Origin: Dicyema japonicum
Taxonomy: Eukaryota > Animalia > Dicyemida
Assembly: GCA_011109175.1 (NCBI GenBank)
Contig: RDEW01000012.1
Span: 330,762-394,761, forward strand
Direction: 5' to 3'
Length of the DNA stretch: 64,000 bases
Part shown: positions 11,095 to 24,244 of the stretch, piece after piece
How the letters are laid out: every line of letters starts with the position of its first letter
Position numbering within the stretch: the stretch's first letter is position 1
Notes under the pieces: model-generated
Seen by the model: only the letters and a program-made list of their open reading frames with translations
Told to the model about the DNA's origin: nothing
Database searches by the model: none
Program-made: the position numbers and the translations under genes

Positions 11095-14000
11095 ATTATA
11101 ATAATTAGCACTTTCACGAGAGCCATAATATTTATAGCCCCGCATGTGCAGCAAAAAATATAAGAGAATTAGTTAGGTTGCTCCAAGCTCTTCTGTTCTT
11201 TGCTAGGTCCCTCAGTGATCCAGATCGTCACCAGATGCCAATGTTTTCTTCACGGCTTTCAGATCGTTTTATAGAACGACCGGGAGGGTAGTTCTCGGTC
11301 TTCCACGAAAGCGTTTTACATTGGAGAAGTAGTAATCTTCCATTGCGATGTTCGGAGGGATATCGGGTCAAACCTCAGGACGTGTCCAAAAAGTCTCCAA
11401 CGAGAGCTAATGATCTCGTGGCTTAATGGTATACAGTCACACTTATTGTACAGTCCATTCCACGAGATCTTGGATAGCCAGGACATTCCAGTTATGTTTC
11501 TTAGATGATTCCTGTGAAATGAGTCTAGCCTCTCCAATTCTTCTTTAGAGGTGGCCCAGGTCCCAGAGTTGTATAGTAGATTGGTTTGAAGAAGGTGTCG
11601 TATAACATAATCCTTTGTTTTATGTTATATCCTTTCCGTTTTAGCCAAAAATTTTTTAGCCTGTGTAATGCCGCATTTGCTAATATTTTTTTCCGTATGA
11701 TGTCTCCGCTATCTCCTAGTAGAGAGCCAAGTTTCTTTATGTGTCTCCATTTCTCTTCGAGTGAGTTATCCATTAGTCTTATTTCTGTTTGTTCTGTTTT
11801 TTCCCTGTTCACGGTGAGAAACCATTTCCCAAGTATATCTGGTACTTTTTCTAGTACATGCTCCAGTAGTTCTTTGTCTTCAGAAATTAGGTCGACGTCA
11901 TCAGCATAAATCACTTCTATTTTTCCTTGGTATAATGGTCTCAGTTCCCTCATAGAGGCCTCCAAGTATATTGTGAATAGTAGGGGAGAGAGGGAGTCTC
12001 CTTGAAGAGTGGCTGTGTTTGTTTCAAATTTTCTTGAGTAGGTTTTTCCAACTCTCACAAGGAGCTCTGAGTTAGATAGAAGGATTTGAATCATTCTTAG
12101 ACTCGATTCGTCAATACACCCTGCCAGCACTGTCATCAATTTTTTCCTGTTAACCGAGTCAAAGGCTTTTGATTGATCTATTCCCAGAATGTGGATGGCA
12201 TTGCAATATCTTTGATGTGTTGCACATCTCCATCTGTGACTCCAGACTGCATCAGCTGTTAATCTTCCTTCTCTGAACCCACTTTGACATTCGGGTAGGT
12301 ATTCATAGGCGGGTCCTTTTATTCGTTCCAATACAATGTTAGCTAAGACTTTCCGTAGAGAATTTGATAATATAATAGGTCGTAAGTTTTCAACCGGTCC
12401 TTTGGGTTTATTGGGTTTTTGTATAGGTATTAGTAATCCCGTTCCCAGGGGCAAGGTTGAGTTAGTTGAAAACATTTCATTTAGTAGTGTAGCGACTTTT
12501 TTCAAAAAGGGGGTCAGGCCGTATTTCAGTAGTCAGGGCTTCTGTTATTTTTTAATTTTTGACATGCTGTTTTTACTTCCAAAATTGTAATTGGTTCTTT
12601 TAAGGGTCTAGGCTTTCCTTTGAATGGGAGATTGCTGTAGTCACACCTCCGCTTACTCTTCAGTATTGTAATTCTTGCCATTTTTGTCTTTGATGATTAT
12701 TCTTTCTTTCCGGTTTGTGTGGCGGAGTAAACGAGCGGTCATATAAATTTGTGAATTATCTTTAGTTTGGATACTTCATTGATTTTGCGAAGTAGTTCTT
12801 CTTGGTGCAGTGTCTTGTTCAGTCTCCTGATTTTTCTACGGATTTGGTCCCTCTGCCCCTGAAGGACTTTTCTCTTGTTATAGTCTTTTTCGTTAGTTTT
12901 TTTGTATGGATTTCTTTTAACTCCTTTGCTACTTCTTTACTAGTTCTGTATGTATCGTCCGACTCTTACTGGCCATCTCCCGCGTGCCGAGGTACTGGCT
13001 TGCTGCTTCGTTTATTATATACTTTGTGTGATCCCATGAAATTCCTACTGTTGGGTCCTTCAAATGAGAGCAGATGTATTTTTGGTAATTTTGACTGTCT
13101 GGATGAGAGATCAGTTTTCCAGTTGTGTATCCATTTCTTGTATTCTCATTATTATTGTTTTTATGTTTGATACCATGTTTCGCCAGGCTGAATGTGACAA
13201 TAACCATTCTGTGATCGCTGTTGTTGAACATTCGTATGAGCGTGCGTTTATGTATATAGGGACTAGTTTTCCATCTGGGTTTCTTCGTTCGCCCATCCAA
13301 GTGAGAGAATGCGGTGTTGCACAAGAACAGTTTGTTTGCTGTGCAGAAATGGCCAAATATGGTCCCAGGCAAAGTTTCTTTTCCCACGTCCGTGTCTTCC
13401 CATGAAAATATATTCTGAGTTTTTTTTGTTCCGATTTTCGCATTCAGATCACCAGCAATGAATATAAGTGAGGACGACTCATATTCATTATACGTCTTTG
13501 ATAATGCTGAGTAGAATTCATCCAGTTCGGTCGGGTTTTTTGCCACTCTTCCACAGTGTGGTGCATATACATTTATAATCGTTAGTGCCTTGTGTCTAGC
13601 GAATCGACCTGCGCTTTTTCGACAAGAAAGGGCATGATGTCCATAGCAGTCGACCTTCCGGCCGCATCGGCACTCATGGGGTTGACAAACTTTCAATCCA
13701 AGTCTGATGGAGACTCCGGTGCGGACCGTTTCATCGTCTAGGTGAGTTCCCACGTTTCCAATTGGTAGGGCATTGATCCAAGCCCCGCTCCACTCGCATC
13801 TTGCAGTTAAAAGACAGGCTCGTCGGTGTTGGTTAGATATTTTCAAAAGCCTCTCGTATTTATCCTCGCAAACAGACTCATAAAGGTCTCTCTGCCCGAG
13901 TTGTTTGACTTTAGGGTGTACCAAATCTTCGATCTTGACGACTCTGATGGGAGCTGGAGAATCATCATGATCAAATTCTGATTGGAGTCCAATGAGGATT

Positions 14001-16608
14001 GATATGCCGGGTGTGCCAAATCAGATGGTGAGAGAATTCCGAGTCCACCAAAGCGAACGGGCAAGGTTGCTTGTTCCCATCCTTGTTCGTCGAATTCGAC
14101 ATTAGTAATACGTTCGGTTGTAGACCGGAATAGGGAGTCAATCGCCCCGAGTTGTTGCATTTTCAGGTAACATGGAGCCCCTCGAAGGACGTAATTTAAT
14201 TTCTGCGTGGATAAAGCGTTTCTTCATGAGAAAAAGAGAGGTATGTGCATCCAGCATCCCAAGGCGTAAAAAAGTTTTCTTAGTTTCTGTTCTTTAGCCA
14301 ACAGAGTGTCGTTAATTCCAGTTTCAGCCAGAGGGCATCCAAGTATTTCCAAATGATCCGGCTTGATTTCCGATATTTTAGGAATAATCCCCCGAAACTG
14401 TAATAGGATCCGATTCCATTCATATCGGGAGAATCCATAATTAACAATTTCGCATTTGGTTGCGTTTAGCTTTAAACCAAGCGTATCCAATTGTGTTTGT
14501 AATCTCTGTAGACAGTCATATACATTGTTAAGGATGACCTCCCAGGGTGCAATCATCCAAATACCACACGTTCAGCGGAGTAGTAAGGCATCTCATGACA
14601 CGGTCGACACCGAGGCAGAACAATGCCGGTCCTAGTGGGTCTCCTTGTTGAACCCCACGACGAGGGAATGAAGTATTTCCCATGTACAAGACTGGACGGT
14701 TTTCCATACGAACAATGAACATAATTATATATAGACGGGTAATGGGTAAGACAATCTTCCAAAATTACATCGCGCCGTATGGTATTGAAGGCGTTTTTTA
14801 TGTCAATCTTGAGGACCACACAAGGCATGTTCGTTCTGTTTCCAGTAAACATCCGAACGGCATGAACCGCCGCCTCACATCCACCAGGAGTACCGACCCC
14901 TACTTGGGTTGGTCGCAGTTGTTTGACAAGCATCGGAAGGATTGCTCTGCTAGCAAGTTTAGAAGCCAGTCGACGAAAAACAAACCCAACAGCAATAGGA
15001 CGAATTCCTCCTCCACATTTATCAAAGGCAATTAACTTGGCGGAAAACATAATATGACGGATTGCTTCTGGTAATCTTCCGGAAAGCATTCTGTTGATTA
15101 ACCTCGTTATAGCCGATAATAGCCGAACACCAGAGTTCCCCGTATTCTGATCAATTAAGTCTTTTAGGTGTCCTGGACGGAGTCCGTCGAGTCCGCCACT
15201 GCTGCTCGGGGCGAATGAGAGGATCGCATCTTTCACGTCCCCCTCAGAAATAATCAGACTAGGTAATTCTCCAGAGCAAGTAGGGATCTGCTCGTCCACT
15301 GGCGGACCAGGATGTCGTTCAACCAGTGCATCGTAGGAGTGTTCAGTTGGCTCAATTAGACGGTTATGCTCTTCTAGAGTCCTCACGGCGGCCCGGACTC
15401 CACCTTCAGATAGTTTGCGATGTATCGCTCTTCCAATCTTTGTGTTTCTGAGGCATGGTTCTCGTGGTTTGAGGGCTTGAAGGTATATTCTCGGGAGTCA
15501 CTGAACAAATTTCCAGAAGAAAACAAGCAAATATTTTCCTTTACAATAGACGTGAGCGATTCCTGATCTTTCCTCTTCTGACAGGGCATACATAGCGTGT
15601 ATGGTGCAAAGTAGAATAATCGTGTCCAATCACTGGGTCAGTCGAAGAAATTGCCCTTTCAATACAATCGTGTAAACAGTCGGCGGCAGGAACACGGGCT
15701 GCTTTTGGAATTTTGATCATGATCCTTCGTGTAGATGCCAGGTTTGCAATTGATTCAAGGGTTTTCTGGTAATCTATTGGTATTCGTTCAGGTGAATTAG
15801 GTGGAGTCGATGGTGCTTTCGTCCCAGGAAGGAGGCATGCCTGGCAACACCAGTTGGTAATGGTGGTAAGGGCTTTTTTGGTCATTCCAACACATGACAT
15901 GTGAAAAAACGACGAACAAACGACACAACATATCAGCCGCTTTCTTTTGTTAATTTTATTGCAAAATTCACAAAGCTCTTCTCTTTTGTCGATCTTGTGC
16001 ATATCGCTTCTGGTTACTTCTTTTCTCAATTACACCCACACCACACCACGGAAGGTCGACTGCTATGGACATCATGCCCTTTCTTGTCGAAAAAGCGCAG
16101 GTCGATTCGCTAGACACAAGGCTATAAATGAAGTGGTGAAGCGCGCCCTCGAGTTGGCGGATACCCATCCATTCTAGAGCCAACGGGCTTGAGTAGGGAT
16201 GATGGGAAGCGACCCGATGGAATTACTGTCTTCCCCTTCTCTCGGGGCAAATGCTTAATTTGGGATGCTGCCTGTACTGACAGCTTTTCCCAGTCGAAAC
16301 TTTTGAGGTCGGCAATGAAAGCGGGAGAGGCCGCCCGTTTATATGAAAACTCAAAGATAAAGAAATACAGCAGCCTCATAAACCGTTTTCATATACAGCC
16401 AGTGGTCGTCGAGACGAGCGGAGTCTTTGGCCCCAAGACGGTCTCTTTCCTTAGAGCACTTGGGTGTCTATTGACCAAAGCCTCGAGGGAGCGTCGGAAA
16501 CCGAGTGGCTTTTCCAAAGGATATCCCTGGCACAGTAGTCAGAGGTAACAGCCACTCGATCATATCCGCTGGACTTTAGAACGATTTTATTGTTATAAAT
16601 AAATTTCT

Positions 16609-16640
<32 letters not shown>

Positions 16641-17045
16641 TCGTTAGTGTATTTTTTAGGGGAACATTGATTGTTCAAGTGGATCTGTATTACGCAGATC
16701 CTGTCATTCACCCGCCAAATGCGACTGATGTCAGATAATAGTTTTCTGTGAATGGCGAATCCTAAACCACTGGGTAGGTATATTAGTCGATATCTTCCGT
16801 GGTTTTCATCGAGATAGTACGTAATTTTCGTCTCTTGTATACAGCCAATAGAAACGTTATATCTTTCTAGGTCATCACAGAGAGTATTTCTTGACTGAGG
16901 CTTAGATATTCCTCTAGCATTGAACGTAAGAAACTTTAGGGCAAATTCTCTTGTATCTTCTGCTTTCTAGACATTTTTCTTAACCGTTGTACAGAGAAGA
17001 AACGAGGCACGTCACCACTTTAGCAATGAATATAAGTGATCCCTG
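11095..17045 (-). mobile_element. RTE-like LINE (APE+RT), interrupted by a CRE element at 13588-16640
   Basis: APE motifs TFNARG, INVYAP, AGDLNAKIG, SDH. RT motifs QSGFREGR, KAFDSV, QGDSLSP, YADD. C-terminal LFGHVLR. Confidence 0.9.
13588..16640. mobile_element. CRE-like RLE non-LTR retrotransposon (PHD finger, RT, CCHC, PD-D endonuclease) with 5' inversion
   Basis: 13588-16030 (-) encodes PHD, GIRPIAVG, KIDIKNAFN, GVQQGDPLGP and WYLDD. 16049-16640 (+) encodes [16 protein letters not shown] and ends in A26. TSD (aa)tcgttagtg at 13577-13587 and 16639-16649. Confidence 0.92.
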
Positions 17046-18049
17046 AGTTATAAATAAACAAGTAACGGAGGCAAGACGGAATCTGTTTGGCCCTCTTCTG
17101 AGAATAGACACAAACACGAAATATCCCTATCCAAGACTACTTTCTGGAACAGTGGAAAATTCCGTAGACATCCGGGTATAAAATTAAGAAAAGTTATCAG
17201 TGGGAATTTGAAGCCTGTGGAAAGACACTTAGAAAAAAGACTTTGGTGGTCAGAGAAATCAAACAGAGGAGGATGGAAGCGGTTAGTAGGCAAACACACC
17301 AATATGGTCTATATGGATGCGTTTCTCATACTAACTTGTTATAAATAGCAGTCACATAGATCTGTAGTTTAAGCATTACCTAGTGCTGTAATTACCACGT
17401 GGCAATTTAGACAAACTTATGAAAATATTTTCCAGGAAAAGATCATTTTTAAAACTGCTTTTTAATTATTAGAATCCAAGACCACCGAGAAAAATGTTAA
17501 TAATTCCCGAGTGATCTTGAAGTGTCCTAACTTAGTTTAAATTCTCACTGATTATGTGTTATAATCTCATGAATTATTGAATTAACGTTAATACAATTGA
17601 ATAGTAATTGGAGCATTTAATATTAAGGGTAGTCTTGGGCAGACTGTTTCCCCCTATTAATTAATGATCCCATTCCTACCATACAACTATTAAAATTGAT
17701 AAATCTGGCAGCTTAGTTATTGACCCCGACCTCGCTACATATAGGAGGCCGGCTGTCCTCAGGCGCACAGCAGCTAGTGTTGGACGCTTCCACAGGTCTC
17801 TGATATTCACCGGAAATCCTGGGCATGAGAAAACTTTTAAAAGAATCAATGATAACTGGTCCGAAAAAGGAAGCCAAAAGCACGATTCGTCTTTTAGGGG
17901 GAAGTTTCGAGAGCGTAGTTGTTATAGAGTCCTCCTTTTTTTCTGTCTAGTGCAGCTTATTTGTGGAAATAAGGTGGTCGTTTTATAACGCCGATTGACG
18001 AATGATTTTTAACTTCTGAATGGCGTAAACAACAGCGGTAAGGAATATT

Positions 18050-19305
18050 ATGCTAAACAAATCAAGTTTTTACTTTGATAAATTCAGATCGAGTTTATTT
18101 TAACATCTTCTGTATGGTTTGTGGGGACAACTCTTCTGGGAGGCACTATGGGATTTTTGCATGTGACGGGTTGTTTGCTGTTAATATTTAGATGTGCCGG
18201 ATTTTTCAAGGTAAGGATGACTTTGACTTTAAGCGTTCTATCCGTAAAAACTGCAAATATTGCTGTAAGACTAGGAATCACAAATGTCCGATTGGGAGGG
18301 AAAACAGGAATCGGTGTCGTTCATGCAGACTTAAACGCTGTCTGGAAGTGGGAATGTTGGTGAAAGGTAGGAATTATTAAAAGCGAAATATTATGCAGGA
18401 AATATCACGCTGTTGTAGTGGTAGAGTTGACATGGAGAATGATGAGATTGCTAACGTGTCATCATAATTGCGGTTTATCTGATTTTGGAATTGTCTTGCA
18501 TAGGACAATCATTTTAAGTGCACTTTGAGCCAATCTTTCCTTGTCATTTACTAATATGTGTCACAACATTTGTAGCTGTACAGAATGAGAGAGGACCGAG
18601 AACTCCAAAAATGTGGAATCACCAGGAACCAAGCTTGGAAACTCACTCAAACAGTGACTCTACCAATTCAACCGAAAGTATTAACCAAATAGAATGCAAA
18701 GCTGACATTATAAATGTACTTTTTGCTGACAGTTTAGTTTATTAACAATCTCCCAATCTTCCTGCATTCGGACAGACTACCTTCTGACCTCATTAATTTC
18801 TTCATTCAAAGGATATCAAAGATCACTTCCATTCACACTTTTATGAGTCTCTCTAATGAGGATCAGAGACTTTTAGTATTCAACAGACATTTTGCCATTT
18901 TCACCCTCTGTGCTGCTGATATGAAGATATTTATCCCAAAAGACTCATTCCCAGAGGAGGCTGACAAAATCAATGGCCAAATCCAGCGATACATCGACCT
19001 GTCCCTAAGTCCTGATGAATTCAAGTTTGTATACCCAATAGTCTTCTACGGTACTGTCATATGTCTCATAACAGAAGATCACGAAATGAAGAGAATGGTC
19101 GGGAAAATTCAAATAAAACTTCTCTATTTGAGTTTGATGGCTGGATTTATGAGACACCTCAGTTTCTTCTATCCCAAACCGACTGAGAGACTAAATCAGA
19201 TTATAAATTGTTTGACGAATTGTGTTAAAATGTGATTTTTAGCAATTATGTAGACTGTCATTAATAATACTAAGAATTTCCCTCCACCACTTGTATGCCC
19301 ACTAA
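18050..19305 (+). CDS. tll: Tailless/TLX-like nuclear receptor (NR2E)
   Basis: Introns at 18066-18087, 18170-18191, 18211-18233, 18367-18575 and 18716-18737, plus two probable 3' introns. Splicing gives [30 protein letters not shown]...CRSCRLKRCLEVGM..AVQNERGPR, with a tll-type CDGCAG P-box and an LBD signature F..LS.EDQ.LL. The 3' end is less certain. Confidence 0.88.
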
Positions 19306-19581
19306 AGCGGCAATAAATTCTCGTTAGAAGCAGAAGGTTAATGCGATGACGTCAACCAATGAACTAAATGTCACTTCGCTTAAAATGGATGAAAGCTCGT
19401 GTCTTCCTTCTTCCATGGGCATATGAGAGGTGACCACGCAGGGGACATCAGAAACCGTAAGTTTTGAACAAAGAAAATGTCGGATGCACTTAGGATCCGG
19501 GTTATACTCCCGTCCAGCTAAAATGATAGACAAGAATGACACGTGATATAACGAGAGATAGTATTAATATTGTTAATTAAT

Positions 19582-19776
19582 TTAAGACTCGTCACGACCA
19601 CCGTAAAGTTGGGATTTATTGCGAAATCGTTCAAATTCAGGACCTGATAAATATATTTGTTGAAGTTTGAATAGTCCATAGGGAATGCCGATTACTGCTG
19701 GAATAAGAAAAGCACCTGTGCTTTTTAGAAACATTAAGCAATATTCTAATCTTCCATAACGAAAGGGAGATACCAT
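19582..19776 (-). CDS. NDUFB1: Complex I accessory subunit NDUFB1 (MNLL)-like
   Basis: 64 aa with one hydrophobic helix followed by FRNKSQLYG, resembling the FR(N/D)KS.L(F/Y) motif of NDUFB1. Confidence 0.6.
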   Translation of the reverse strand: MVSPFRYGRLEYCLMFLKSTGAFLIPAVIGIPYGLFKLQQIYLSGPEFERFRNKSQLYGGRDES

Positions 19777-19889
19777 TTCTATATAATTTAATTAAAGATA
19801 CCAACAAGAACGAAATTCTAAATTTATTTTTAAAATAATTTTTTATTTTATTAACTCAAAAAAGCGTTTATATTATTAAATCATTGTGT

Positions 19890-20197
19890 CGGGATCCTGA
19901 GACAGATTTTTTTAACGCAAAAACTGGACTCGATATCCTCCCGAATATCGCAATGGAAGATTACTACTCCTCCAATGTAAAACTCTTTTGTGGAAGACCG
20001 AGAATTACCCTCCCGGTCGTTTTACAAATCGATCTGATAGCCGTGAAAAAAACATTGGGATATGGTGACGATCTGGACTCACTAGCGAATAACAGAAGAG
20101 TTTGGAGCAAGCTAACTAATTCTCTTATATTTTTTGCTGCACATACGGGGCTATAAATATTATGGCTCTTGTGAAAGTACTAATAATAATAACTAAC
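19890..20197 (+). mobile_element. RTE-like LINE 3' tail
   Basis: GRPRITLPVVL..DL; the 3' UTR matches the reverse complement of 11100-11300 and ends in (TAA)n. Confidence 0.85.
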
Positions 20198-23021
20198 AGT
20201 AAATAAAACGTGGTGTCATGTGGTTTACCAGTTATGAAAGTTGTGAAAGTTCTAGAGGCGCTCAGGGCGCACTTAATGAACCGCGAAAAAAGACAATTAA
20301 CTACCTCCCTTTCGAAGAAGGACTTTTCGACGACGGCCTCTTTTCTTTCTTAGCCCCCCTCGGCTCAATGGGTTTCTGATAATTCTCGCCGGTGACATTG
20401 AACTTAATCCAGGTCCCCCACTCTTAATTCTGCAGATAAACATCAACGGAATCAAAAGCAAAATTCTCGAACTACGGTCTTTCATCAAAGAACATAACAT
20501 CGACCTGATTTTACTTCAAGAAGGCAGACTTACTCCATCATCACCTATCCACAATTTTCCAGGATTCCACTGCACCCACCTGGACCGTTCAAACCGTTGT
20601 GGTGGGGGTCTCCTCATCATTATAATAGATAACATTCGATTTACGGACATCTCAGCGAAACTACAATCACTAATAAACGATGGGACCATGGATATATCTG
20701 GGATATCAATTACAAGTGGATTCGGGACTCTTAACATTGCAAGCGTCTACTTCCCCCTCCATCTTCTTGCCAAAAAGGATTCTCTCTAAACCTAACCAAG
20801 TTAAACAAGCTCGGAAACCTGATATTGTGTAGAGATTTTAATGCTAAACATCCAGTAGACTCAAGAGGATTATCCTTATTAAACCAACTCACCTCTCTGA
20901 CTATCCTCAACAACCTCAGGAAGAACACTAAAACTCCTTACAAGAAAAACGAAGCATCAACGTCCCCAGACATTATTTTCTCTTTCCAAGACATATCTTG
21001 GACGGTACTTTATGGATTATCTTCCGACTACAATCCAATCATTATTCTAATCAAAAAAGTTATTTACCACAGAAACAAAACTGTTTCATTTTTCTAGTAA
21101 ACTTTGACATGATATTCTCCTCAATAGATGAAGCTATTGACTTTTTGAACAAAACTATTTTCATGAAACTTTTTGAACAAAACTATTTTCATGACGCTGA
21201 GAACATTCATTCAGCGTAAATCATTTAAATTCTACAATGAAAAACTCGATCAGAACACCAAATCATTAAAGAAAAAAGACACGTACCTTCTTTCCCCAGA
21301 AAAATCAAACAAAAACTCTAAATGACGAAATTTCAAAAAGGATTAGAAAAGCTAAAGCCAACAAATGGGACAAACTAGTATCCATTTTAGAAATCCGCTC
21401 AGACGATATGGAAAGAAATTAAACAATTTGGCCCAAAAGAAAATTTTAAAAGACAACAGACAAATTAGCACAGTCTTAGCAAGCTCAGGAAATATTACGC
21501 CAGTATAAGCCACAAACCTTTCAGGAAAATGGATGGCCTTCTTTATCTTCAATAAGACCGAAGAGAACACAGCGATTAACTGTCTCTCTCATTGAGATGT
21601 AAGTGAGAATTTGAAGAGGATGAATTCTTCCCTCTCATGTGGGCCAGATTCTATCCCTGGTATTTTACTAAAACACCTTGGACCTATTGCGATTGTTGCA
21701 ATCACAGTGATTTTCAACTATTCAATAAACATGAATACAATTCCAACGATCTGGAAACTGTCCTATATACGCCCATTCCTTAAGCCTGGCAAGCCTAAAG
21801 ACAATCCTGCATCATTTCGACCAATCTCTTTACTATGCACTCAAAATTATTGGAAAATTGATTCTAATCTTATACCCCGTTCCTTACCTTTTCGTCCTCA
21901 CAACATGGATTTAGAAGGGGTCATTCAACTTCTACCCACCTAACTTCCCTCAACCAATTTATCATTTAAGACTTTAACACAAAATCCTCGTCACCTCAAA
22001 ACAGTCGTTTGCTCGATCGATTTACAAAAGGCCTTCGACTCTGTCACAAAGAAAATCCTAACCCGGAAATTGTTTGTTCTCCTCGTCAACCCCAATATAA
22101 AATTTGGCTTGCTAACTTCATAAATGGAAGAAGGGCCTGGGTATACATGGATGGAACCAAATCAGATTCAAGATTACTACTCAATGGTGTCCCACAAGGT
22201 TCCCATTTATCACCCGCCTTATTTAACTTATACATGTCCGATTTACCACAACCCGATAATAAAGACGATTTCATTTTCAAGATATCCAAAAGCATCAGAA
22301 AGACTACAAGAATACCTTCACAAGATTCAAATTTGGCTAAATTATAACCGGCTTGATATATCTACTGAAAAATCTTCTTCGTTTTTGTTTACCTCAGACA
22401 AACGATTTGGACAAATGACAGTGGATATATTTATCAACCAGACAAAAATACCTTTCACGAAGAAACTGAAAATCTTGGGGATCATTTTCGACACACACAT
22501 GTCCTCTTTATCTCACGTCGACGCTGTCTCTGGAAGCTGGTCAAGAAAGCTAGGGATAATCAAAACTCTATTCGGTGGCATAAATCCCTTTTCCCAGCTT
22601 TGAAATTGTTGTACAAACAATTAATTGAGCCATCTGTCAGCTATGCCCGTACGTCATGGGGAATCAATCTGTCATGGACGAACAAAGAATCCGCGACATT
22701 CAGGCCTTAACAGCCACTACTACTAGTATTCTCGGGAAACTAAAAAAACTAATACCCTCATCACTTGAACCTTATCCGACAAAATGGAAAGGGATTTGCT
22801 ACCCTGTGCAAGCAGTGCAACTCTCAATAATACACAGCCACGACGTGTCTTATGAGAAGGGTATACATCACCCCTTTCCAATTCCTATTCCCGAAACCAC
22901 CCCGCCCACAGAGAAGTTGTGTTGGATCCCAGAAGGCGCACGAGGAGAAAATGAGAATTCTGATTAAGGCCTTCGAGATCACTTAATTTAGTAATTAAAT
23001 TAACTATTTGTGTTCTTGGGT
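20198..23021 (+). mobile_element. Near full-length degenerate Vingi-like LINE (2A-like leader, APE, RT)
   Basis: LAGDIELNPGP, QININGI, GPDSI, GVPQGSHLSP. Candidate TSD taataataactaac at 20184-20197 and 23022-23035. Confidence 0.88.
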
Positions 23022-23099
23022 TAATAATAACTAACTACGAAAGGAATTGCAGCGTCTTACTAAATAAAACTAAGTCACAAATTCGAGAGGATTTACTGT

Positions 23100-23875
23100 A
23101 ACTAGCTGTGAGGTGCATACTTGATCATTTCTCCATGTATGTTGTCTGGTCCTGTTGTTGTTTAATTTAATGATTGTCAGATTAGTTTCTTCTAGATATC
23201 GGTAGATTCAGGCTTTTTGGTGATTTTCAAATGGCTTCACATCTGAGGTTTCATTTTCATTCAAAAGTCCTAGAAAATGTTTGTTAATAATCTCAGTTTT
23301 TTCGTTATTATCCAATACATTTCTTCCTTGACTTCGTGAATACAAATATTCGTTGGTTGAACTCCCTTCTGCAAAAGGCGAACTGCTCGAAACATTTACT
23401 TCTCAATTTCACTAACACGTTCGTAGATTTATTGACATAAATTTCCTTCCTCTTTCTAATCTCTTGACAATACGATTTCTTTCTATTTTTAACTTGTTGT
23501 AAGTATCATTATTTATACACGATTCCATTCTCAGCCGAAATTTTTTTTGTTTAATTGATAATGATTTACTGATCGAAGACTCCTTTAAATTCTGTCGGCC
23601 TTTTTTCCCAAGCACGTCGAAACTTGCCTTCTTTATTCCATCAACAGTAGCATTCCAAATCATCTCTGGGGGGTTTTCCATATTTATGTTCACAATCTCC
23701 TTAATTGCCATACAATAATCTTCATGCATCTTCTCACATAAGCATAATCTTTCCAAAATAAAACAATCAAAATAAGCTCTCTTCTTTCTAGCTCCATCTA
23801 TTCCGAAAGATCTTTTCATTCTGAAACGTGCAACCAGCAGTTTATGATCACTATAAGTGATGGTCTCGTTTCGTA
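23100..23875 (-). mobile_element. RTE-like LINE fragment (APE end and linker)
   Basis: SDHKLLVARF; W....DGIKKAS..VLGKK. Confidence 0.7.
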
Positions 23876-24244
23876 TGATAGTTAGTAAGCCTCCCCCAAG
23901 TTTTCCACATCCATCTCTGAGTATCCAGGAAAAGTTGGAGTTGTGTTTGCACTTCTGAGTTTGGATTCTTGTAGTAGAAGGACATCAATTTGATATTTTT
24001 TCCATACGGTTTCTGTGTACGATAATCTTACATTTGATCTCGTTTAAATTTATTTACATGATCTTTAGGTAGACGGGGTTCGATTCGACGTTCCCACACA
24101 GAAACAGCCCGTCCTTGTCTGTCCATCCTTGTAGGATAGGGGCAACTCTTTTCTTTAAAATGTTTCCAGTTACGTGATATTTAACCAACCGCGATTTATT
24201 TTTTTATTTTTAAAAATTTTCTTTATGATCATGTAGTATTCTAA

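Noticed and set aside
12929-13924. 331-aa ORF as a novel RLE-APE dual-endonuclease fusion
   Set aside because: This is a chance in-frame junction of the inverted CRE insertion with the host RTE, as shown by the TSD.
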